Positions 1-6,100 of a stretch of DNA of 20,000 bases are shown piece by piece (the first letter of the stretch is position 1; each line of letters opens with the position of its first letter). The notes below the pieces were generated by a model. That model made no database searches. It had not been told where the DNA came from and worked only from the letters and a program-made list of their open reading frames with translations. The translations under genes and the position numbers were made by a program. This DNA comes from an uncultured virus (IMG/VR IMGVR_UViG_3300041809_001460) (lineage: Duplodnaviria > Heunggongvirae > Uroviricota > Caudoviricetes), in the IMG/VR virus record IMGVR_UViG_3300041809_001460. The stretch is one strand, 5' to 3'.

Positions 1-10
1 CGGCACTTAG

Positions 11-193
11 ATGAGGGCTTTATGCGAGCAAGTGGGCCTCTCGAAACTTACCTGGGAGGATGTTAGGTACATCCGCAGGCATTACTCTAAGGGTAAGAAA
101 AACGGGCTAGCCAAAAAGTTCGACGTGAGTTATGGGCAGGTGTGGAAAATTGCAAACGGATTAGTTTGGAAGGGTGGAGAGAAAACGATATGA
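11..193 (+). CDS. Small helix-turn-helix protein resembling the C-terminal DNA-binding module of phage HNH endonucleases
   Basis: SKLTWEDVRYIR...LAKKFDVSYGQVWKIANGLVW matches the 'SKLT..DV..IR....LA..F.VS...I..I..G..W' pattern. An in-frame TAG at 8-10 precedes the ATG. The stop overlaps the next start (ATGA at 190-193). Confidence 0.6.
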   Translation: MRALCEQVGLSKLTWEDVRYIRRHYSKGKKNGLAKKFDVSYGQVWKIANGLVWKGGEKTI

Positions 194-1149
194 GAGTGAT
201 TTGCATCGATGCACGGAATATGTGCTACAAGGCTGGATGGGTGGGTAAGCGCTTCAGGTCATCGGGCGGTGAAGAGACCGGCGTCGTACACGGAATTCTC
301 TTGGGCATGGCCGCCATCAAGAGGCGTTATCCGCTGGCTAAGTTTGTGATGGTCTGGGATGGCCTGGACAGGAAGAACAACTGGCGATTGAAAATCTTTC
401 CGCAATACAAGTCGAATCGTAGTGAAAGCATCTCGCAGGAGCACCGGGACCTGCGTGAGTCAGTGACGCGGCAGATTGGGCTTGTGAAGGAGCTGCTGTT
501 GTCCGTGGGCGTTCCGCAGATCGAAATTCCGCTGCTCGAGGCCGATGATGTGATCGGGATACTGACCGAGAAGATCGCGGCCCGCGGCTGGAAGCCAATG
601 GTTTTCTCCTCCGACCAGGACTATCTGCAACTGATGGACTATGGAGTGGAGATCATCACCTCCGCATCAGGCCCGCCGATCGACGAAAGGGCTGTGAAAA
701 GCAAGTGGCGCTGCACCTCCGAGAATGTGCTGCGTCTGAGGTCGTTGCTGGGGGATTCTAGCGATGGCGTGCCACGGCCGGTGTCTGGGGTCGGCCCGGT
801 GGCTGCGGCTCGCTATATCGAAGCTGGTGTGACCCCAGAGGTATCCAGGTTCGAGGACATGCCACGGTCTACCCGTGAGCAGGCTGAGAGGCTGCGGGAG
901 CAGTGGCCGCTGATCCACATGAACTACCGGCTGATGCGCATTCTTAGGGGGTGCCATGACCCGGACTTTCCCAAAGAGCTGGTGGCCCAGGTCAGTGTCG
1001 AGACGCGGCGTGTATTGAAGGCACTGGCCGAGCCGACGAAGCTGAAGCCGAGCGACTATCAGGCGATGCTGGACACGCTGGCCAGGCTCGATCTACAGGA
1101 GGCCATCGCCAACCGGCGGGATATTTGGAACCTCCAGTCCTCTAAATGA
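190..1149 (+). CDS. 5'-3' exonuclease / flap endonuclease (T5 D15 / PolI N-terminal-like)
   Basis: Motifs IDARN, VWDG, R..IFPQYKSNR, EADDVIG, SSDQDYLQL and LLGDSSDGVP..VSGVGP (H3TH). Start moved to ATG 190 based on GGTGGAG upstream and the ATGA overlap. Confidence 0.92.
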   Translation: MRVICIDARNMCYKAGWVGKRFRSSGGEETGVVHGILLGMAAIKRRYPLAKFVMVWDGLDRKNNWRLKIFPQYKSNRSESISQEHRDLRESVTRQIGLVKELLLSVGVPQIEIPLLEADDVIGILTEKIAARGWKPMVFSSDQDYLQLMDYGVEIITSASGPPIDERAVKSKWRCTSENVLRLRSLLGDSSDGVPRPVSGVGPVAAARYIEAGVTPEVSRFEDMPRSTREQAERLREQWPLIHMNYRLMRILRGCHDPDFPKELVAQVSVETRRVLKALAEPTKLKPSDYQAMLDTLARLDLQEAIANRRDIWNLQSSK

Positions 1150-1173
1150 CTGAAAATAGACTGAATAAAGACG

Positions 1174-1201
1174 TTGACTTTACGCCCCAGCGCGGTAGAA
1201 T
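1174..1201 (+). promoter_or_regulatory. Sigma70-type promoter TTGACT-N16-TAGAAT
   Basis: Near-consensus -35 (1174-1179) and -10 (1196-1201) in an intergenic gap, with an A-rich upstream tract at 1153-1170. Confidence 0.65.
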
Positions 1202-1224
1202 TATGACTGGTTGAGGTGAAGACT

Positions 1225-1482
1225 ATGGCAATGAGCAAACAGGACTTTATCGCACTGGCTGATTCGATCAGGGAATTCAATCGCACAGCGTTTTGGGGAA
1301 CCGATAAAAACGGGGTTCAAGGCACAGGGAACGCCCCGCTGCAAGGTGATGCCCTGAAAATGCTGGCCGACTTCTGCCAAAGGCAGAGCGGACCGGGCGG
1401 ATTCAAACGGCAGCGGTGGATGGACTATATCGCTGGCGAGTGCGGCCCGAACGGCGGCCCGAGGGGTGAGGCGAAGCTGTGA
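1225..1482 (+). CDS. Small phage hypothetical protein (MSKQDFIALAD... type)
   Basis: GAGGTG SD at 1213-1218 before ATG 1225; GTGA overlap with the next ORF. Confidence 0.7.
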   Translation: MAMSKQDFIALADSIREFNRTAFWGTDKNGVQGTGNAPLQGDALKMLADFCQRQSGPGGFKRQRWMDYIAGECGPNGGPRGEAKL

Positions 1483-1751
1483 AGAAATGCCAACATTGCC
1501 GAGAGGAAGTTTTACCGGGCGACGCTATCATGGCGTTCAACAACGGCGACGTGATCATGCACCGTGTCTGCGGACTTCGAGGCGTGATCGGCTCCGTGGC
1601 GCATCTCCAACGCCGGTGCTCCTGCTATGTCAAGGGATCGACCGAGGACGATCCGCCCGAGATGACACGCCGCCAGGCCGCGGAAGCAGCGGTTACGCTC
1701 TGGGAAACACAGAATCTAGGTAGTAAAGATGGGCCGAAAATTCACAGTTGA
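1479..1751 (+). CDS. Hypothetical protein, putative Zn-binding (CxxC...HxxC)
   Basis: CQHC...HRVC...CSC; coupled start GTGA and GAGG SD upstream. Confidence 0.65.
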   Translation: MKKCQHCREEVLPGDAIMAFNNGDVIMHRVCGLRGVIGSVAHLQRRCSCYVKGSTEDDPPEMTRRQAAEAAVTLWETQNLGSKDGPKIHS

Positions 1752-1778
1752 CAGGAGCGCCCGGCGGCGCTCTACTGT
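1748..1778 (+). promoter_or_regulatory. TTGACA-N19-TACTGT with a dyad (GAGCGCC-cggc-GGCGCTC) in the spacer; promoter/operator or weak terminator hairpin
   Basis: TTGACA at 1748-1753, inverted repeat 1755-1761/1766-1772, TACTGT at 1773-1778, directly upstream of the sigma-like gene. Confidence 0.4.
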
Positions 1779-1813
1779 GTATCTCTCTCGATTTCGTTTT
1801 GAAGGTGAAGTCT

Positions 1814-3460
1814 ATGCAAGTTTCTCCTCTAGTGGACAGCTGCCAACGCCTAATCCACCAAAAAGCCTTTCGTACCTACCATCGAATCGCACCGGAAAAC
1901 CGGCGCTGGATCGATCCTGAGGACGTGATACAGGACGGGATCATCGCTGCCTGGGAAGCCGAGCAGCGCTACAAGAAGAACCGCGGCGCTAAGTTTTCTA
2001 CCTATCTCTACAACGGTCTGGACATGCTGTTCTCGGGGAAGTATACCGTTCCTTTGAGACAGAAGAAGCGCCAAGCGTCGCTGCTGGAGCTGGACGCGCC
2101 GTTGCAGCTTGAGGACGGTAGTACCGCGCTGCACGAGTCCATTTCCGATGACGAGCATCCCAGCCAGTCCCCAGACAAAATGTTCGAGGCCATCTCCGGG
2201 GTTCTGCGGGTCTGCCATTCGATCCCGCCCTCAGCCCTGAGTTTCTTTCTGCAGGTGATCACCGACGAGACCGGACGGATACTGCGGCGGGACATTGTTG
2301 ACAAGAACAAACAGCTGCGAAGACGTAATGTAGACTTTATAGGATGTATACCTGAGACCTGCCGACGGTACAAAGTGACTCGGGAGGACTTGGCGCTGGT
2401 TATGGCGAGCGGTTATGCAAAGGGGATCGTGGTGGATGGAGTAGTGAAGTCCGCCGAGCACCTGGGAGAAGACGATGCCAAGGTGCTGGAGTGTCTTGAG
2501 TGCCGAGAACTGTTTTCATTGAACGATGCCCGGGCTGGGCGATACTCCGCTACGAGCCTTACTTGCTCGGCCTGTCTGCGCGGTCTACATCAGATCGGCC
2601 CGGATAACTCTTGCTTTGGACGGCGCAAGGTGGTAAAAAACGGTAGGACGGCAGCGGAGGGATATTCCGAAGCCGACGTCGAATGCAGATTGCATTGCCG
2701 CGACCGTGCAGCGTGCAGGAAGTATATCGAGGAAAGGGAGAAGGGTATGGCAGAGTCAGTTGACAACCTGGAACTCGAGTCGGAGCTGGAGGGGGTTGAC
2801 TTCAGCGACATCGAGGAAGAGGAAGAAGTTCCTGAAGTAGAACCTGAAACCAAAAAGCCCGCAACGTCGAAGAAGGCCGTGAAGCCGGCCGCGACGAAGA
2901 CCGTCAAGGCAGCAAAGGCTGCACCGGCGAAAGCCGCGAAACCAACCAAGACGGTGAAAGCAGCCCCGGCCAAGGCTGTGAAGGCAACCAAGACGGTGAA
3001 AGCGGCTAAGAACGTGAAGAAAGCCGCTCCGGCTAAGGCTGCTAAAGCAGCGCCGGCGAAGCGCCTGCGCGCTGAACCTGGCCATGCGAAGACCCCGCGG
3101 AATACCCCATCGGGGAAGATCGACCCCAAGGTGGCATTGAAGAAGGGGCTGATCAAGCTGGATGCGAAGGGACGCGATCTGCCTTACAAGGATGGGAGCG
3201 TGATGCGCTACTACCTTGAGCAGGCGTTGCAGCCCGGCGGAGTCAGCGAGGACTCGCTCGAGAAGTGGGCGATGAAGAACGGCTACGACCACCGCTATCA
3301 GCGTGCGGTTCTGGTTTCCGGGCAGAACGGCGGCACCGCCGTACGGCCCTACGCCACGACCCACACCTGGAAGGTGGAAGTGAAGAATGGCCGCATCCGC
3401 GTGTACGACCTGAAGCGGATCGCCTACTACAAGAAGATCGGGCGGCTGTTCAAGAAATAA
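1814..3460 (+). CDS. Sigma-70-family-like factor fused to a Cys-rich module, acidic linker, histone H1-like Lys/Ala/Pro tract and a C-terminal globular domain
   Basis: Region 2-like IDPEDVIQDGIIAAWEAEQRYKKNRGAKFSTYLY; region 3-like LELDAPLQLEDG...LHESISD; degenerate 4.2-like ETCRRYKVTREDL; CLEC/CSAC/CFG/CRLHC-x5-C; EEEEEVPEVEPE; KAAPAKAAK repeats. Start ATG 1814 follows AAGGTG. Confidence 0.75.
   Translation: MQVSPLVDSCQRLIHQKAFRTYHRIAPENRRWIDPEDVIQDGIIAAWEAEQRYKKNRGAKFSTYLYNGLDMLFSGKYTVPLRQKKRQASLLELDAPLQLEDGSTALHESISDDEHPSQSPDKMFEAISGVLRVCHSIPPSALSFFLQVITDETGRILRRDIVDKNKQLRRRNVDFIGCIPETCRRYKVTREDLALVMASGYAKGIVVDGVVKSAEHLGEDDAKVLECLECRELFSLNDARAGRYSATSLTCSACLRGLHQIGPDNSCFGRRKVVKNGRTAAEGYSEADVECRLHCRDRAACRKYIEEREKGMAESVDNLELESELEGVDFSDIEEEEEVPEVEPETKKPATSKKAVKPAATKTVKAAKAAPAKAAKPTKTVKAAPAKAVKATKTVKAAKNVKKAAPAKAAKAAPAKRLRAEPGHAKTPRNTPSGKIDPKVALKKGLIKLDAKGRDLPYKDGSVMRYYLEQALQPGGVSEDSLEKWAMKNGYDHRYQRAVLVSGQNGGTAVRPYATTHTWKVEVKNGRIRVYDLKRIAYYKKIGRLFKK
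2322..2345 (+). promoter_or_regulatory. Phage-type promoter motif copy 1 (intragenic): GACG-N10-TTTA-TAGGAT
   Basis: GACG 2322-2325, TTTA 2336-2339, TAGGAT 2340-2345; shares TTTATAGGATGTA with the copy at 9376. Confidence 0.55.
2851..3062 (+). repeat. Low-complexity coding repeat (K/A/P/T/V, histone H1-like)
   Basis: Repeated KAAPAK/TKTVK units; 19-nt direct repeat CAACCAAGACGGTGAAAGC at 2943-2961 and 2985-3003. Confidence 0.85.
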
Positions 3461-3481
3461 CTTTTCTCTCGGAGAGGGAAT

Positions 3482-3512
3482 AAACCGGCGTCGCTGACGC
3501 CGGTTTTCTTTT
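3482..3512 (+). terminator. Rho-independent terminator
   Basis: AAACCGGCGTC-gct-GACGCCGGTTT followed by TCTTTT; a weaker hairpin at 3462-3480 precedes it. Confidence 0.85.
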
Positions 3513-3519
3513 ATAGAAT
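3496..3519 (+). promoter_or_regulatory. Phage-type promoter motif copy 2: GACG-N10-TTTA-TAGAAT, 6 nt before ATG 3526
   Basis: Same spacing as the other copies; the downstream gene has no SD; overlaps the 3' arm of the terminator. Confidence 0.65.
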
Positions 3520-3525
3520 GAACTT

Positions 3526-4581
3526 ATGTCGGTGAAGGCGCGGTACAAAATTCTCTGTGGCGATGCGCTCGAGATGCTGAAAAAACTCCCCGACAATTCC
3601 ATCCAAGTCTGCGTGACCAGCCCGCCATACTACAACCTCCGCGACTATGGAACAGCGACCTGGATTGGCGGAGACCCGAAGTGCGGCCACAAGCAGAAGA
3701 TCGCCCGCTCGACAAAATCGAACTTGACCCAGCCGAAGAGCGGCAAGCGGAAGGTCGAAGAAGCTGGAAGGCCGTTTGGCTCTGTATGCCCGCTGTGCGG
3801 GGCGACGAGGACCGATCAGCAGATCGGCATCGAGGAGACTCCACAGCAATACATCGACCGGCTGGTGGCCGTCTTCGAGCAGGTGCGGCGCGTTCTCAAG
3901 CCGGGAGGGACCTGCTGGATCAACATCGGAGACAGCTACAACGGATTGGGCGCGCATTCTAATGAGCTGCGTGGGGCGAAAGCGCATCCGCTCGAACGTG
4001 AAGGGTGTTTGAAACAGGCTACGCATTTGGACGGCCTGAAGCCGAAGGACTTGATCGGCATTCCCTGGATGCTGGCCTTCGCTATGCGGAGCGCTGGATG
4101 GTACTGGCGGCAGGACATAGTCTGGTCGAAGACCTTCTGCCTGCCCAGCCCTATCAAGGATCGCTGCACCACTTCACATGAGCCAATCCTGTTTTTCTCG
4201 AAAAGCCGGTGTTACGAGTTCAATGCTGAGGCTATCGCCGAGCCTGCTGTGAGCGCGGGTACAACCTATGTAGTGAATGGCGAAGTGAAGACCATCGGTG
4301 AGATGAGGAATCGACGCAGTGTGTGGGCGATCGCTCCTTCATCGGTGCGAGATGAGCACTATGCACCGTTCCCGCAGGAGATTCCAAAGACCTGCATTCT
4401 CGCGGGCAGCGCCGAGAACGATATTATCCTGGACCCTTTCATGGGCAGCGGGACCACCGGGTTTGTAGCACTCAAACTCGGCCGCCGCTTTGTCGGCGTT
4501 GACCTTGATCCGCGCTCTGTGAAGATCGCTGAGAAGAGATTTGTGCGCGCCATCCCCAGCTTGGCCTGGGAGATGTACTAG
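3526..4581 (+). CDS. DNA amino-methyltransferase (N4-C/N6-A, beta-class order), orphan
   Basis: Catalytic VTSPPY near the N-terminus, SAM-binding [11 protein letters not shown] near the C-terminus, HYAPFP; Cys-containing insert CGH...CPLCG. Confidence 0.92.
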   Translation: MSVKARYKILCGDALEMLKKLPDNSIQVCVTSPPYYNLRDYGTATWIGGDPKCGHKQKIARSTKSNLTQPKSGKRKVEEAGRPFGSVCPLCGATRTDQQIGIEETPQQYIDRLVAVFEQVRRVLKPGGTCWINIGDSYNGLGAHSNELRGAKAHPLEREGCLKQATHLDGLKPKDLIGIPWMLAFAMRSAGWYWRQDIVWSKTFCLPSPIKDRCTTSHEPILFFSKSRCYEFNAEAIAEPAVSAGTTYVVNGEVKTIGEMRNRRSVWAIAPSSVRDEHYAPFPQEIPKTCILAGSAENDIILDPFMGSGTTGFVALKLGRRFVGVDLDPRSVKIAEKRFVRAIPSLAWEMY

Positions 4582-4584
4582 CTG

Positions 4585-4608
4585 GACGCGAAAGGAGTTT
4601 TATAAAGT
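4585..4608 (+). promoter_or_regulatory. Phage-type promoter motif copy 3: GACG-N10-TTTA-TAAAGT, 5 nt before ATG 4614
   Basis: GACG 4585-4588, TTTA 4599-4602, TAAAGT 4603-4608. Confidence 0.6.
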
Positions 4609-4613
4609 AGGGC

Positions 4614-5684
4614 ATGGCTACGCAGCAAGCGAAGATTCCTGCAAAAAACTTTCGCGCCCTGATCAGAGGAATTCTAAAGTTCCGGCCTTCTGCAGCAGCG
4701 CCAACGTCCCAGATCGTCAACTTCTCTGTGAACAACGGCCGCGCCCGCGCCTCTATTGGCGGGGGCCAGGGCACCGTGATTACGACCGGCGCTGTACTAG
4801 CGACACGGGAGGTCGAACCATTCGGCGCTTATTACAGCCACCTGGAGAGCTACGCTAATCTGCTGCCGGACGAGGGCGACGTGGAGTTGTCCAGGACCGA
4901 CGGGGATGTGCTGTTTTTGTGTGGGCCGAAACGCCGCCTCAAGCTGGCGCTGACCCCGGGCATCGTGATCCCGAGGCCCAAGGTGCCCGAGCCTTTCTTC
5001 GTGGCTGATGAGGAGACCGCGAAGATGCTGAAGTGGCTCGTGAGCGTAGCGGAGAAGGATGAGACCAAGCCGGACATGTGCTGCGTTTATCTGCGCAACG
5101 GCAGCGCCATGGCCGGGAATCAGAAGTGCATCGCCGTGGTGAAGCATGAGCGGCTGCCTGACGTGGAGTTGCCGCTGCCGCTGGCCGTATGCAATGTGCT
5201 CGAGCCGGGCGACAAGCTGGCCCGAACCGATAAGGGGCTGCTGCTGGTCAGCGGTGGATGCGTCTCTCAGATTCCGTATCTGATCCAGACCTTGCACTTC
5301 CCTGTAGGGACGATAGACCGCCTGGACAACGCTAAAGCTGAGAACTATGGGCACAGCACCGGCGACGCTATGAGAGTGGTGTTCAAGGAATCAGCTGATT
5401 GTGTGGCGCGGGTCCCGGGAGCGCAGGCCTGTGTGGTTCTGACCTTTGGCAAGGACGGAATCCAGGCTCGAGCGCAAAGCCAGAACGCGGCCTTCCGCAC
5501 GGTGCTGGATGGGACGGTTGAGAAGGACGGTGAATTGTGGCTGGAGCTGCCGGAAGCTGAAGAGGCTCTGGACCTGTTTGCTAATGGTGATGTGTTCTGC
5601 AAGAAGCTGTTGCCCAAGGGTGAGGCGATGCTCGAGGGGAACGGGGCGAAAGCCTTCTTCGCCCCCGTGCATCCGATCGGTTAA
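4614..5684 (+). CDS. Divergent DNA sliding clamp (DnaN/beta-clamp-like)
   Basis: 356 aa, alternating beta/alpha pattern. VAEKDETKPDMCCVYL...AMAGNQKCIAV resembles the beta-clamp 'A..DETRP.L.GV....VATDGHRLA' segment. A DnaX-like gene is in the same cluster. Confidence 0.6.
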   Translation: MATQQAKIPAKNFRALIRGILKFRPSAAAPTSQIVNFSVNNGRARASIGGGQGTVITTGAVLATREVEPFGAYYSHLESYANLLPDEGDVELSRTDGDVLFLCGPKRRLKLALTPGIVIPRPKVPEPFFVADEETAKMLKWLVSVAEKDETKPDMCCVYLRNGSAMAGNQKCIAVVKHERLPDVELPLPLAVCNVLEPGDKLARTDKGLLLVSGGCVSQIPYLIQTLHFPVGTIDRLDNAKAENYGHSTGDAMRVVFKESADCVARVPGAQACVVLTFGKDGIQARAQSQNAAFRTVLDGTVEKDGELWLELPEAEEALDLFANGDVFCKKLLPKGEAMLEGNGAKAFFAPVHPIG

Positions 5685-5794
5685 CCCGTCTTCTTCTTCG
5701 GCGCAGGCTTCGGAAGACGCACCGGCTTGGGAGGACGGAGCGCCACCGTAGCCTGGAGCTGTTTGATGTACCGACGCTCTGACCAAAAACTCAT
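5681..5794 (-). CDS. Putative 37-aa basic, Pro-rich antisense microprotein (MSFWSERRYIKQLQATVALRPPKPVRLPKPAPKKKTG)
   Basis: Below the ORF-track size cut-off. Its stop overlaps the clamp gene stop (TTAA 5681-5684), and a promoter -10 lies 6 nt upstream of the ATG. Confidence 0.55.
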   Translation of the reverse strand: MSFWSERRYIKQLQATVALRPPKPVRLPKPAPKKKTG

Positions 5795-5800
5795 AACCCG

Positions 5801-5829
5801 ACGGTAGCAAACTTTGAAATAGACGTCAA
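5801..5829 (-). promoter_or_regulatory. Sigma70-type promoter TTGACG-N17-TACCGT with extended TGn, leaderless geometry
   Basis: The minus strand reads TTGACG tctatttcaaagtttgc TACCGT cgggtt ATG. Confidence 0.55.
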
Positions 5830-5848
5830 ACTGAAGGGAGCACGAATC

Positions 5849-6100
5849 ATGGACGTAGAAGGTTCTTCCTATACCGATGAGGACGTGACGAAGGCATTTC
5901 GCGATGGTGAGCGCTGCTATCTCTGCGGCGGCACTTCATGGCTGGCTGGGCCTGAAGCTGGTCTAAGCCGGAACATTGAGTGCGAGGGATGTGGTGTTGA
6001 TCTCAACGTTTCACCGCTCTCCGTAGAGAGGATTGGCTGGAACCTGTCCGGCCGCTTCAATGATGACGGAACACTGAAACAGAAAATCCATGCCATTTGA
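5849..6100 (+). CDS. Small Zn-ribbon protein
   Basis: CYLC...CEGC; AAGGGAG SD upstream. Confidence 0.7.
   Translation: MDVEGSSYTDEDVTKAFRDGERCYLCGGTSWLAGPEAGLSRNIECEGCGVDLNVSPLSVERIGWNLSGRFNDDGTLKQKIHAI

Noticed and set aside
2851..3062. Possible CRISPR or non-coding tandem repeat
   Set aside because: Repeats are in-frame, degenerate at the codon level and lack unique spacers; they reflect protein low complexity.
2590..3364. Long minus-strand ORFs (188 and 202 aa) opposite the histone-like tract
   Set aside because: Shadow ORFs of a low-complexity GC-rich coding strand; no motifs or RBS.
4592..4597. AAGGAG as the SD for the clamp gene
   Set aside because: 16 nt from ATG 4614, too far for typical spacing, and it would lie upstream of the predicted TSS.
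5685..5800. tRNA or structured ncRNA in the clamp-downstream gap
   Set aside because: No cloverleaf or T-loop recognised; better explained by the antisense small ORF and its promoter.
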